Of a stretch of 64,000 nt of DNA, positions 1 through 13,100 are shown piece after piece (positions within the stretch are counted from its first letter, which is position 1; each line of letters begins with the position of its first letter). Source of the DNA: Raillietiella orientalis. Its lineage: Eukaryota. The stretch covers positions 2,790,001 to 2,854,000 of the forward strand of contig JAYWIR010000023.1 of NCBI GenBank assembly GCA_036172245.1, given 5' to 3'. The notes beneath the pieces are model-generated. The model was not told the DNA's origin and searched no databases. It worked only from the letters and a program-made list of their open reading frames with translations. The position numbers and the translations under genes were made by a program.

Positions 1-1449
1 TATCCCTGATTTTGGATGGTTGGACAAACCGAGGAGAAAGTTTGCTCTTTGAAAATGCACCATTTCATTGATTTTGCGCTGGGATTAGACCACGTTTCTA
101 TTACTTCTGATCATCCATAATACTGTTTCTTGCTGCTTGTTTCTTATGCAACCCAATAGAACGTACAGTGGTAGAAAAATTGCATCGCATTAGTATTGCG
201 TTTGGATTTATTTCCGCTCCTAATTCTCATCTGAGAGACCCCAAAAGATTTGTATACCCCATGTTACTGCTCGTTTGGCGTTCCTGTTCTACGTTTTCAT
301 TCATAAACTTCCAACTTTCGTTTTCAACTTATTTCCTGATTGAGGAGTATGGAAGGTGTGCAACAGTATGAATGTCAGGTAATGCACACAATGAGTGAAC
401 ACAGGTTGTTTTGTTTCGTGTACTCTTGCTGTCTTCGGACGGACGGAGCAAACCGGCAGTTTATTCTGAGACTCTACCGAGAACATCCACTTTTCGTTCC
501 TCTCGCTTTCGTCGTAAATCTGTACCACCAGGGAATTGTAGAAATTTTCATTGGAGCTAAGACCTCTCGTCAGGAGCACACCAGAAGCTTTGATTTGCAT
601 CGCTCGAAGATGCACAGTTCGCTACCAGAACGGTTCCAACCGCATCGCATCCTAGCATTAGTGTGTGGCGTCAGTATATTAGTAAACTTGACCGCTTGCA
701 TCCTATGTCCATCACTCTGAGAGTTGGAGCCGCAAAAGCCAACTTGGGAAAGTACGGTGTTCCATTGAGAAGCATCCGGGTCAAGGGAAAGCCATGTCCT
801 GCGTCGGAGCACACACTTTTCGTTCAGGCGCTCGTGTCCCAGGAATCACCTGCAGTTCTCCCACTTCACGCTGCTCGATACAATTTGCTGCCCGTGAGAG
901 TGGTGGCCGCAAGAAGCGGTGTGGGTCGAATGCGGAGGAGGCTTGTAGGTACGGGAAGAGCCCTCGAGGCACTTCCTCAGTCGCCGAGTGAACAATTTCA
1001 ACTCGATCTCCAAGAAGCACAGCCCATTTGGCCGACTTCGTTAAGTTTCCTTGATACAGGGAAAAAAAAAAACAGGAACTTGTGACTCAAACCGACCAGT
1101 CCCGGGAGGAGATGGTTCAAAGCCCCGACAGGACCTAGCGCTGCAAAATGGAGGCTTGAGTATGTCTCCTGTCCATGCGGGAGCGCGGTTGCAGCATTGG
1201 ACGAAGCACGAGAGGGAGTGGTTTTCACCCTGTGAAGCCGGAACTTTTACTTAAAAAAATAAACCACAAGTCAAAGGGAACAACAGTGTCCCCTAAAAAC
1301 AAGAGATGTCCAAAAAACAGAAGTTCATCGGGGATGACCACCAGCACGCAGACAAATAAATAAATAAAAAAAAAGTGAGGGTAGGGGCAGGGGTCTTTGG
1401 TTTTCTTCGTTCCTTTTCTTCTAGAAGCGGTAGTATATGGTAGCAATCT

Positions 1450-3050
1450 CACTGATGCCCTCTTTTGGTAGATGAGACCACCTTGCAGCCGTCCTCATCA
1501 AGGCGGATGCCGTGCTGGTGACCTTTTGTTGCGAACGTGACTTGAGCACATGGCGGACTGTCACTATGTCGCAGATGTCTCTCGTTACGATCACATCTCG
1601 ACTTCAGCCCGCCTTGAGTGAAGAAGCGCCACAGCAAGTCCGAAGCAAGGAAGATTCTGTGCATTACGCACTCCCGAAGCAAGTTTCCGCCTCATGTCCT
1701 CCAGGACACTGCAGTCCAACAGGAGGTGCGGGAACGATTCCATCGCCCCGCGCCTCGAACAATTCGGAGGAGGCAACTCTCCCGGAAACCAGGTGTGATT
1801 GCACCGTAATCCCCTCAGTGCACAGACAGCAGCACATCCCGTTTACAACGGAGCGGGAACACGGAAGTGTTCGCTCACAGGGAAGGGACACACCAAGCAG
1901 GTCACTCCGCCGAAGGAGTCCTTTCGCCCAGAAACAAGAAATGGTGGTTGGCTGCTGTCGTTGTTTGCCCTGAGGGCCGACAGTGCTGCGGTAAGGCGTG
2001 TGACTGCTATCCGTGACCACTGGTTCCGGTCTTGCAGGAGATCTCCGAGAAGTTTGCAGAGGAGTTTCTGCGGAGGACGAAGTTCCTCTGGTCTCACTTC
2101 CAAAGTGGAAACCCAGGATTCCAAGGCCTCCTGCCGCCAGGCTTTCTAGTTTTGAGGACGGCTGAAGGTCCACGGGGGAGCTACCAGAAGTGGGAACAGA
2201 TGCCTCAGGGGATAGCCAAATCCAGTCAGTCTATGACGGTTGCGCAGCAGCAGCGAAAGAAGTCTTGTGCTTCGAGAGCAAGACGGAGCACTCCAGGGAC
2301 AAGTCCACGATTTGCCACAAAGGGTCAAAAGTCGGGACTGCAGATGCAGTCCGATCTTGTGAATGACCAGGATGTCCGAGCCAGAATCCTATCATAGCGC
2401 GCCCAAGTCTTTCATTCGGATATCCGGGAAGGAGAGAGGCCCAATACAGATAGCTGCGTTTCCGTATTCCTGCGTTCCCCGCGGAGGAATACTGACTTTG
2501 GTAAGAGCACTAGCGGTAGGATGTCTGGGAGCCGGAGAGCCAAGAGGTGCTCTGAGAACATGGGGATCCTTCGCACACAGGCGCAGAATGTGGAGAAAAG
2601 GATGGTGTCGCCAGCATCTAGCATAGCTGGGACACTTATCTACAATGGGCACATCTTGGGTCACTGCGCAGGGTGAATAACTGACGGCGAGATTCAGCAG
2701 GACAACAAGATGATCGATTGTTGTCTTGTGCTGTGGGGAATGCCCCCTCTTATGTTTGTTTAAACAAGGTAAAAGATATAACCAGGCGGTTGCATGATTC
2801 CGCTTCCCAGAGCTGAGCATGCCTTGGAGCTTCTAACCCCATCAGCATCATGTGACAGAGGATTCAGGCCATCTAGCCCCTCTGGCGAGCTATCCAAGTC
2901 CTCACTCCATGGCGCCGCTTGTTTTTGCACAAGAATTTGTTCAACTGAAAGGAAACCGCAAAGCAAGCGAAGAATAACTGATGTGAGCCAAATGTCAGGA
3001 TGTCAGTCGGCAGATGTAACTACTCCGTGTGCAAATGTGCCATGTAGGAA
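1450..3050 (-). mobile_element. Decayed L1/Tx1-like non-LTR retrotransposon, 3' part of ORF2
   Basis: Minus-strand PNCSRRGAMESFPHLLLDCS (ORF 1591..1776) matches the C-terminal CxxC...HxxxxC zinc motif of LINE ORF2. Upstream fragments are frameshifted. Boundaries approximate. Confidence 0.55.
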
Positions 3051-3699
3051 GTAAAGCGAACCGTGAACACTCGAATGAACTTTGAGTGCATGCCTGAGAA
3101 ACAGATAATCAGGAATGTTTGCCATGAGCGGTGTCCGGAAGAGGATTCCGAACTTCGTCTCCGAGAAATTCATGTAGATGGAATGGATCTTTGAAACAGT
3201 CCGGATGCAGCGGATGAGAACTTCAGCGAAAAAAAATTCACCCACGAGCTTTTCGAACGCTTAGCTTTTTTTCGTTCTTCCTTTTCTCACTCTCCTCACC
3301 CGCATGGAAACGGCGGCAGCACGAATCCCCTTGTTTAACATACGCAAAGAGCCTGTCTATACATCACTTTGATCCTTTTGAGCCGTTTGAGGTGTACGTG
3401 GTGCCCAGCTCTTTAAAGTCTGAACCAGTCACTGCTTTTCTCGTCCTCTTGATGGTGTTTTTGGTACGCTGTTGTTACCTTAGCATTAGGAAGAAATCTC
3501 GGAAGAGAGAAGCAGACTTCTCCTTCTGGTCTCTGCAAAAATTTTCTTCTTTTCTTTTAGAGGAGCAATTTTTTTTTTTTTTTTTTTTGGGGTGGGGGAG
3601 CCGAAACTTGCAAGGAGAATAAGAAGAAGAAATACACATTTTCCTCACGTCATCTGATAGGGAAATCCACAATGTTCCATTCCTCAGAGTGGGTCTGGA

Positions 3700-3817
3700 G
3701 AGTTCCTAGCGCCGTTTCGATCGGAGCGAATTTCCACCAGCTTACGTCCAATACCATTACGATCTGTGGCCAACCGGTCCCAGTCCACACTTACACGTCC
3801 TGCGCAACGAGAGGATG
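3700..3817 (+). mobile_element. Short fragment resembling a gag-like LINE ORF1
   Basis: Reads LTSNTITICGQPVPVHTY, similar from memory to arthropod LINE ORF1 segments. It ends at the AT-rich insert. Confidence 0.25.
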
Positions 3818-4130
3818 CGTAGAGCTAGTGGTATGGATTTACTACCAAACCCAAACAAAGTTATTCATGGTCATAAGCCAGATTGGATGATTTTGGATTT
3901 TCTAGCTAATGGTACTCAAGTAGATCTTACTGCCAAAAATATTGATCAAGCTACAGAGGTAGCAAATGGCATTGCAAGTCGTTATTTTAGCACTGAATGT
4001 GTTTTTGTAAATGTGCAGGATAAGAACTTTGCAGAGCAAGTATATAAATTCATTAAAGTTTGTATTGATGGCTCTGATTCAAATATATTCACGTTTGAGT
4101 TAAAATTTCAGTCAAATCGTTTTAAATATA
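3818..4130 (+). pseudogene. Internal fragment of a probable bacterial (endosymbiont-like) hypothetical protein gene inserted in host DNA
   Basis: About 104 stop-free codons: RRASGMDLLPNPNKVIHGHKPDWMILDFLANGTQVDLTAKNIDQATEVANGIASRYFSTECVFVNVQDKNFAEQVYKFIKVCIDG...FKY. Hand count gives 93 G+C in 290 nt (3841-4130, ~32%). Codons mostly end in A/T. Both edges show an abrupt compositional change. Confidence 0.6.
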
Positions 4131-4440
4131 TGTCCCACCAGCGGGGATCGCGGAGGAAAATCCACTTGCTCGGTCTCCACTAACAGTGGCACTTAAATGC
4201 CAACATTCACTGTCGATCTTGATGGCTCCGCACGTAGCAAACAAATCCAAGGAATCCAACACAGAGCAATGATGATTCGACTGTATGAATTCCCTGCACA
4301 CTGCAGGTGATTCAGTCAAAGTTTTTCAAATCATTCCTCACCTGTCCCTTAGGGTTCATCTACTCCAAGAAGCTGACTGGTCTGTCTCGGGCGAGGTAAT
4401 GGCACAGCGAATGCCCGAACTCCTTACTTCAACGCAGAGC

Positions 4441-5110
4441 TTTCTTTTTTTTGGCTTCGCTAAGCACCTCGAGAACCGGCGCTCGCCTGGCAGCTCGCGA
4501 AACTCTTTGACGCTGTTCCCCTCCACCTGAGGGCGCGCGTTGACGCTTCGAGTTAGGGAGTACCTCAAGCAGGGGACCGCCAAAAAAGAACAGGCCCAGG
4601 AAGGGCTCCGGAGAAAGGAATCCGTTCCTTTCACCCCTGGGAGGGAACTCCGAAGGGAAATCTGAAGGGAATCTCTCCCTGTTTCCGTCCTGAGGAATTC
4701 CCCAGAGAAGGCCGTTCCATTTTTTCTCCTCCGAAGGCAACCCGGAAAGGATCTGTTCTTGGAATCTCGTCTCCGGAGGGAAACCGCAATGAAACCTCTC
4801 CTTGTTGGTGCTCCTCTAAAGAGAACCCCGAAGGAGCGCTTCTAAATTTTTTTCTCTGCAGGGTCGCTCCCCAAAGGGAACAGCGCTCTTCTTGACACAC
4901 TGGAAAGGTATCAATCCGACAGCCCCATGGTACGAGATGGAGAGGGTCCTCCCTGAGTAGAGGGAACGGCTCCATTTGCACAACCGGCGGGAAACCCCGA
5001 AGGGAACTGGGCTCCTTGCCTTCTGGAAGTACCCCGAAGGGTCAACTTCCAATCCCGGCCAGTCAACGGAGGCATCCGGATTCCGGGTTCCACCAGTGCT
5101 GCCCCCGGCA
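4441..5110 (-). mobile_element. Long tRNA-derived SINE family A, 5'-truncated copy with A-tail
   Basis: Its reverse complement aligns by eye with 37280-37972. Shared segments include GATCCTTTCCGGGTTGCCTTCGGAG and the terminal GAGGT(G/A)CTTAGCGAA followed by poly(A). It also aligns with 42465-42580. Confidence 0.7.
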
Positions 5111-6050
5111 GGTGATCACGTTGGCGAGGAAAAACGGATGATCTCGTACCGGCCCACAAAAGGTAGTGCCTGGTTGCAGGGAACCGTTTGCACGTGGAAG
5201 AGGATCCAGGAGCCAAGTGCGGAACAGGTGCGACGTTTCCTGTATGCTCTCAACAACTGCACGCTCCGGGAGATCCTGGAAGATCTCGTGAAGAGTGCGT
5301 GGGCGAGCAGAACCTCCTTCGCCGCCGCGCTGTCTTCCCTTAGGGAACACACTTGCAGTAAGGCTGCTGCCTTACTGCAAGATAGGAGGTCACTGTGGAA
5401 ATCTCCGGAAGGATGAAAGGACTAGGAGAATGGACGATGGACCAGCTCACCAACGCTGCGACCCCAAGTGCTCTACCTCATAGACTTTTGCGCTGAGGAG
5501 TGCCACTGGGTATTCCGGAGGAAGACAAGCAGTGGCTCCCAGTGCTCATGAACATCCGCACCCTCCCCTTAAAGTGGAAGGAGTCGGCATTGATGCTGCT
5601 GCACTGGTCCTCCCGTGCAACGTCCGCCGGCATCTGTGGACACGGATGTGTGTGGATCCGAACTGTGCAAGGTGCGGGGAGAGGGAATCCCTTCCGCACC
5701 TCCTAGTGGCTGTCTTGCCCTCCGACCCTTTAGGGACGCTTTGCCCCGACCCTCGGAATCCCCGTCAGCAATCCCAGGGATGTTTAAAAGAGCCTCTTCC
5801 TGCGCGACGCCCTTACACCGGCAGCATGCCCAGTAGCATTTTGCTACCCACACGGCGGGTTCGTGGCTGCATGGAGCAGCGTCAGAGGAAGCCAGAACGA
5901 CAGGGAAGCCATCTATTCTGCTGTCTTCTTCATGAGGACAGCATCCATATGGCCCCATCTATGAGCCTCGCAACAGGAACTTGCCGGCATCCTTACAAGA
6001 ATACAGAAGACACCTTTCAGCACACAGTGATCCCGTTCCAAAGCCCCCCT
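5110..6050 (+). mobile_element. Decayed L1/Tx1-like ORF2 C-terminus
   Basis: Reads WKESALMLLHW/LPCNVRRHLWTRMCVDPNCARCGERESLPHLLV (5575-5710), a zf-RVT-type zinc motif with frameshifts. Confidence 0.65.
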
Positions 6051-6246
6051 TTTTTTGATTGTATGCTTTCTGATTTATTAATTTTTTAATTTTTCTTAAT
6101 TTCTTAATTTTTTTTTCTTTTTGTTTGTCTCCTCCCCCTGTGCTGCCGAGGGGAATCCCGCTGGCCTGCATGCCAGTTCCCGGCAGATTCTTTCTCGTCG
6201 TTATAAGTAACGTGGCAGGATCAAACGTCCTGCCACAGACATGTAT

Positions 6247-6247
<1 letters not shown>

Positions 6248-6281
<34 letters not shown>

Positions 6282-6425
6282 ATAAACGCCCTGGCGTGAC
6301 CGGGTGTCAACCAGTGCCGCCCCTGGATGTAGGCCAAGCAGAGTCATCTTGCGGGAGGGACTCGAACCCACGAGGCACCCGTTTCTCTGGCATCGATCCT
6401 TTATTTTCACCCCGTCACGGCAGGG
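6248..6425 (-). mobile_element. Short tRNA-derived SINE-like element (family B) with a 30-nt A-tail
   Basis: Minus-strand Pol III B-box GGGTTCGAGTCCC (6357-6369) lies ~80 nt before the T30 run at 6248-6277. The A-box is poor. Confidence 0.45.
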
Positions 6426-6599
6426 TATTTATTGTAAAAAAAAAAATATTTGCAAAAAAAAAAACAGTCATATGAAATATAAAAATATCTTTCTTCGTAG
6501 TGGCTTCACACCATCACTGCGAAGGGAAATGCCTCGGAGGCGCTGCTTCTAGTGAGCAGCTCCCCGATGAGGTCCCCTCGGGAGAAGTAGGGGAAGGCA

Positions 6600-7950
6600 A
6601 GGATCACAGATTTCTTCCTAGCGTCCTCAACATCATCCTCTTCAGGGTGTTGGCAACTTCCTCCTTTTGTTTGCAGAGATGTGGCCATCTTGTCTCCTTC
6701 CTCGCGAAAGAGCAGGCAATTGCGATGAGCTCATCATTCGACTGCCTCTTTTGGCGCGGCTTCTCGCCGCCGCGATCGCATGGAGGTAGCACAAAGCTGC
6801 AAGGGAAGCTGTAGCGACATCGAGTCGCGCGCGAAAAGGCACTTCAACACCCCTCTGTCGCTGTCTATCTGGAATGGGAGGGCCGCAGCAAAGCTTTCCA
6901 GACACTCAGGAGGGCAACATAATCCAACAACAGGAGCGGGCAGGTTTCCCTTTCCCCGCACCTGGCACGGTCTGGGCCAGTACTTCCTCTTGTCCAGTGG
7001 TGGAGTGCGTTTTGCATAGGATCTTCCAATGCAACAACCGCAATGCCGAGTCCTACCACTTCAGAAGGAGAAGCGTGGAGCTGTCCACAAACATTGGGGG
7101 GATTTCCGACTCTTCAGGAGGAATGTCTAAGAGGGAACACTTAGGACTAAGAGACGAATTCCTTTAGGGAGGTCGGCAAATGCTTGGTGGATCGATACTT
7201 CCCCAGTTGACGCGCCGTCCAGCATCCCAGTTGCTCCTTTTTTCCCACGATCTTGCAAGATACCACCTTGCGGGAGCATCACCATTTCCACTTCTTTGCA
7301 TGGCATCAGCGTGGCCTCGAGTGAGGTGTTCCGCCCGCAGATGGTCTTCCGTGGGCAGTCCATGATTTGCTGGAACCAGCAGAGAGCGTAGTTCGAGAAT
7401 CGCAGGCATCGCGATTGCTCTGGTCTCGTGACGTTTATTTTCGCCCATGCCTGAACTGTTTGCTATTTCCAGGTACTACAGTTGGTAGGGAGGCAGGAAA
7501 TTCACCTGTTCTCCTAAACCAAGGCAACCATTTGCCGGAGTTATTACCCGCTTCGGGGCAACTGTCGGTGGCTATGCACGAGGAACGTACCGAGTCCTTC
7601 GGCACCAGCTGCTTGCTTGGCCAGGAGTTTGGCTAGGACCCACCAATGTGTGGTCCAGAATATCGCGGCTAGAGCTAGTCTTCTACACTGGAGCTGACGC
7701 TTCACCCTCTTCAGCGTACGAAGGCGCTCATAAGTCCTTCAAGTGGACTCGGGACCTCTGCATTCCTCAGAAGGCTTTTCGTAGAAGATCCTCGAAGGAG
7801 GTTTTTTTACATCTCCGGAAGGGGGGCAAACAAAAAGGAAGTCACGAACATGTTCCTCAGGACAGTCCGTAAAGGACAGTCCGTCCTTTCCCCTCAACGC
7901 TTGGTACCGCTTCAACATAGAATAGATCATGGCATCGATCATCGAATTCT
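6600..7950 (-). mobile_element. Decayed L1/Tx1-like ORF2 C-terminus
   Basis: NALHHWTRGSTGPDRARCGERETCPLLLLDY (ORF 6865..7059) parallels the motif at 5620-5710. It is in the opposite orientation to that copy. Confidence 0.6.
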
Positions 7951-9959
7951 TTGTGTGCTATAAAATCATGGACTCACACGTAATCTATTAGGTGAATTTG
8001 ATGGAAAAATGGGGGAAAAAAACTGATGGAATTTTCTTTTGAAAGAACATACGTTCAGCACTCGATGTGCTTAGATTTGCCTTCAGACAGCATTGGACCT
8101 GAGGACTGCATCATCGTGCTCCTGGAGCATCTCGGGACCATTTTTTTCCAAGTTCCTGAAAACCATTTCTTTGTTTGCTCTTTTGGTAACAGGAGGCAAG
8201 TGATGATTCTTATGAATTGGTGTTTTACTTCTGTGCATGGTGGTGTGTCTGAAAGCTGTCCGAGCAAATCAACTGCTATCAACAGCGCGGATTAAATTTT
8301 CACGAAGCACCGATGAGATGGGTAGGTGAGAGAGGACATTCATCTTCTGCCAGTGTGTCGTCACGTGTTGGCTGTATCTTCCAACTGGATGTGGATGTAC
8401 TGCCTCCTTCCTGACAAGTTCACGCAGCGGATCCGTCGTCGCAGCGTTCCAGTCTAATCTGAAGACTCTGTTCTGTCCGGTTTATTCGCATCTCGCTATC
8501 CGATGATGCGACGTAATTCAAGCACGCGATGCACGAACCGGAATAAAGGCAGGTGAGTTAGGGGGAGAATTCCGGAAGTGGAAGGAGACGAAGATGAAAC
8601 GAAACGGGTACGTGAGCCAGGGTAAAAATCGGAGCACACAAACCACTGCTCCCGCAAGCGCACAAAGTATTTGGGGAATTTTTCCTTTCGTTTTCTGACC
8701 TTTACATCAATTTAAGCGCCGTGAGGAAAAACGGAATGTGAACAGCGTGGAACCAGAAATTTTCCTATTCCTTTCTTTTCTTTCCTTCTTTTTTTAATTT
8801 TCATTCATCATCTCGTCTTCGTGGAAAGAATCGTTTCGGAATCCTGCTGAATTTCGTCTCAAAAACTGAGCGCATCATTTTTTTTTTTGTTTTTATCCGT
8901 CTCCGCCATCGGGTGCTTTCGTCATCCAAGTTTTTGTAAAAAGTCAAGTATCACTCGAAGAAAAGAGCGAAGACGAAATTGGCTCGCAGCCTCGCATAAA
9001 GTTGGTCCTGAATTTCGATTTTTATCACAGAGGAAGCACAGACGCTGACCGCTGAACCCACGGAGCAACGCCGCCAACGTCAGAACGCTCCGTTGGTCAG
9101 TGGATGCTATGGAAACGGAAGCTTGAAAAGGCGCTGCGATGAGAAACGCAGACGCGACATCAGTAGTGGAGATGACAGCAGATAGGGAAGGGGCAACAAG
9201 AGTTTCGATGCACGTCGTGGTGCTGTTCGTTGGAAATCAAACCCAGGAAATCCGACGGGAAAATTCCTCCAAGTGCCGCAAACGGATTCATCCCTGTGGA
9301 CTCTCAAGTCTTGATAGGGAGCAAAGAGGTGCAGATTGCAGTTGCAAGGACGGTCATCTGGACTAGCGCTGCAAACGTTCTTACTGTTTCGCTTGCTAGG
9401 AATCGCGGACGTGTCTTTTTTCCCTTGTCGTGTCTTTCGTATTTATCTGCGGTGCAGCTCGTCCTAATGACAGCAGCAAAGTCCACAGTTGCAGCAATTG
9501 TAAGAGTAACGCAAGTTATAGTAACGAATTCAGTAACAAGTGACCAACATGGTTTCTAGGAATACAAGGCTGATTTTGCTTCTTGCAGAAGTTCTTGCAA
9601 GAAGAGCGGAATAAGCTCTGGTCACCATCTTGACGCCATCTATGATTTTCGAGAGTCAGGAGCGGAGCACATGCGAACTTCTTTCACGAAAGCGCATCTT
9701 GAAAAGCCTTCTTTCACAGAAGACTCTCCAAGATGCGCGTCCATTCGCTGTCCTGAAGTCGAGAAAAACTCCCAGTGCACGAGTCACGGTTCTCGGCTTC
9801 CCCGATAGATGACGCGAAGGGTACGAAGTCTTTTCAGGAGGTGCGGTTGTTCTACGAGACCATTACGGCAATCTTCGGTGAGCGTAATTGTTGGTGGAAG
9901 AGTGAGGAGGATGGGAGTTTTCGAATCCGCCTGGCAACTTGGCGATTCTGCTCATAGGT

Positions 9960-10092
9960 ATGTATGGTCTCGTTTGTTCTTGTGAGTGATTGGGGAGGCG
10001 TTCCACGTAAGTATATTTGTAGTGGCAGAGGGAGAGTAGTATTAGGGCTGACTTTCGCTGGAGGGTTTCAATGACAGGAATTAGGTGATCAG
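9960..10092 (-). mobile_element. Short CR1-like ORF2 C-terminal fragment
   Basis: IETLQRKSALILLSLCHYKYTYVERL resembles the CR1 pattern LExVQRRATxxI..L...YxERL. Confidence 0.3.
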
Positions 10093-11799
10093 GTGAGCTC
10101 AATTTCGAAAACCGGGAGAGAAGGGTTTGTTGACATAGTAGTAACCGTTTATTTGGATTTCAAGGGGCAGATGCTTAGTTACCGGGTTATGGATGTGTTT
10201 CGAGCGGGCACGGAAGTTTCCTTTTTGTTCAGGCAGAATCGGAAGCGGTCTTTGCGAATTCACCAGAAATCCCCGGAATTCATTTGGAAACGCGCCCTCT
10301 CTGGACATCGGGCAGAGAGACTTCGGACGAGTTCCCGGTGAAGGTCTAAACAAGGCAAGAGGATTTCGTGAAGGGGTGTATCCTGAATATGGATGTGCGC
10401 TTTTTCCCTGAGCCCTTGGAAACTACTGCTAATGGCTGAAGAAGAAGACAAAAAAAAAAATCCATTCCAAGAGAATGATGGCAGTGTACCTTAGTGGCAA
10501 TACAGTGTGATCCAACACGGTACCACTCTTTCCAAATAAGAGCGGGCTATCCCCTTGTTCGTCCGTTAATCACTTGCCTATTCTTCAGGAAGTTTGGTTT
10601 TGCGGAGCGGGGGCGTGCGTCTTCAGCAAGCCGAATCCTCGCTGGTATCGGCGTCGGGTGCAAGTCGGATCCTGGCATCTGTACGAACCGGATGACGAGC
10701 ACTTCCTGACGTGTGCGCCGTCGAAAAGCGCGCGCCGACGAGGGCGATTTCGGGAGCTCCCTTGCTTGCTGCTGACCAGCCGACAAAATCAGTAGCCACC
10801 GCTCGTGGCCGTCGATCCACGAACGGGACCGCTTCCCACATGGCGTTGCCGCCCACGCTGCACTTCTCGGGAGGAGGAGGCGTAGGAAGAGGGGGGGGGG
10901 GGGGGGAAGGAACAGCGTCATCGATGGGCGGTCCAGGAACGCAACCTGTCTGAAATTATGCGTTAATGAGTGCCGGGATTTCCGTGACCGCAATTTGTTG
11001 CTTCGATTTCGATCGAGTCTATTGGAATTTTTTTCATCCTCACTCGCACGCATGTGTGCGCGCGTGTGTGGCAAACCTCCCACACATCCAATCCAGAGTG
11101 GATGCAACGGCGTGGCCAGAAGGGGCACTTCGCGCGCAAGGCAGGACTTCTCATTTGCCCGCGGGGAACCAGTGTGGACAGGGTGACTGACGATGTATTT
11201 TTCCGGGACGGAAGATGTTTCTCCCGCACGGGGAGGGGCGCTTCGGGCCGCATCTTCTTCCCCTACCCCCTACCCCCCTTCTCTCCCACCGCCCCTTCCT
11301 TCTGCGGAACCGAGGAATTTCAAGTCCTCACTGACTCCGAACAAGGATCAGTGAAAGAGGAATAGTTCTTCCCATCCTCCGTGAAACGAGATTTTTCCTG
11401 ACGCCATGATGCATCTGTCGTCAACGGGTTGCATCCTGTCGGGGAAACAAACAGGCAGCCTTCGAACCGGAATCCACAGCGGCGCTCCACCCTACAACCC
11501 CGTAAGCAGCACCTAATTATTGTTGTCATCGATACTACCGAGGATGGCCACTCAGGGTCTTCGGGCTATTGGCTGAAGCTATTTCTCCTCCGAGCGTGAC
11601 CGAAAAATAATGAATCTTCTTGTGAGGTAAGTCGCCCGATGAAGATGAGCTGTTTTCCCATCTGGTGTGATTGACTCTGGATAGATTAGGTGGGGATAAG
11701 AAGAGGAGCTTAGAGGACTGGATAGATGGGCGGGTGGCACCACAGCTACCTCTTCAGTGACGTGTAAAGAAAAGGGAGGTTGGGTGGCGGAGGAAACTA

Positions 11800-13100
11800 G
11801 CCCGCACATTCGTCCAAAGAATGCTCTGCGCCCATGTGGAGCAAGAAGAGCCATGATGCAGTTCGGCAAAGAGTCCTTGGATCGGACGCTACACTGCATC
11901 CGTGCTTGCCGCGGCAGGATCAAGGAGGAAATGGGTTTCGGTGCGCCGGCAGCTCGCTGCTCGGCCTCCGGGTTGAGGCATAGGTGGAGACCGTTTCCGG
12001 GGATTCCAATCACCTCCAGCATGCATCCGGAATCTTGCAGCGAGGAGGAAGTCGAGCCAAGGCTGCCCCTCTCGGAAGAGGGGCAGAGATGGGAGCGAAG
12101 CGAGCGTTCCTGCCGCCGTCATGGATCCGAGTGTGGCAGGTGGCAGGAGGCAAAGTCCACTGCGATTCCGGAGCAGGTGCTATTCAGAGGGGAGTTGCTG
12201 AGGAATTCCCGAGCCGACATCTTGGCCGGGATCTCCGAGGAGTTTCGCATTCTCGGAGCTTGCCGACACCGTGAGGCAGGCTTTTTGATCTGCGGAGAAC
12301 GACCACTCGGAAGTTTCCTCGCACCATGACACGGCTGTGCATCCAGAGCGGCTCTCCCGAAGCGCTCTCCTGAGAGCCCCTGTCGGGAGAAATTGCCCCC
12401 CTCTGGTGCGAATCCTTCGCAACAGATGTGGACTGCACGGTTTCTAAGAGGCAAGTTTCAGGGTTCAGTGGGTCGCAAACTGGAGCGTAATCCTTCCAGA
12501 CTCGCACTCCTCATCGGCATGGATCCTTGTGGTGCACGCTCGGAATCTGTGACCGAAGTCAATGCACGGATTGAGGTCGTTGGGTACCGCTCGAATCGGG
12601 GCCGGAGTTGGCCGTGAGGAAAAATAGGAGTCTGGATGAGAATCCCATACCAGAGTTCGTTTCTTGCTGCATCCTTGCTGCAGGTTCGCCGCCGGCTCCT
12701 GCTTTGAACTCGTCCTTCTGAGTGGAGCACGGCGCATCAGCTGCTTCTCCAAAACCAACCAAGTATTCCAGAGTATGAGCAGATGCCTTTGGGTGGGTGT
12801 GCGGCTCCACGGAATTTCCTCGCCTTCCAGTGGGTGCCAGGAAGGAGACCCATTTTCCCTCCCCCAATCCATGTTTCGGTGTGGCGAAGATGCTGCTTGG
12901 TGCAAATCAGGCCGCATCATCATCATTGGGCTTCTTCTTAAGCGGAAAATCCACTTGAGGTTAGCTTGCAGCTTTGAGCGAAGTGCTGCGGCTCGTTCAG
13001 GGAAGGGGGTCTCAAGGCAATCCGTCGGTGCTGAGCCCCGGGTCAACTGTTCTCCAGGCACCCCGGCGGCGTGGGTCCTCTCTTCTAGCTTGTTGATCCG
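11800..13100 (-). mobile_element. Decayed L1/Tx1-like reverse transcriptase region
   Basis: Collinear fragments: SVTDSERAPQGSMP (GVxQG motif, ~12520-12560), KLLG.P (YLG motif, ~12240-12250) and GDWNPRKRSPPMPQPGG (post-RT PxxxGGLG region, ~11965-12015). Confidence 0.4.

Noticed and set aside
9100..9370. Possible Mutator-like transposase relic
   Set aside because: Only a vague resemblance, with the catalytic motif not recognisable.
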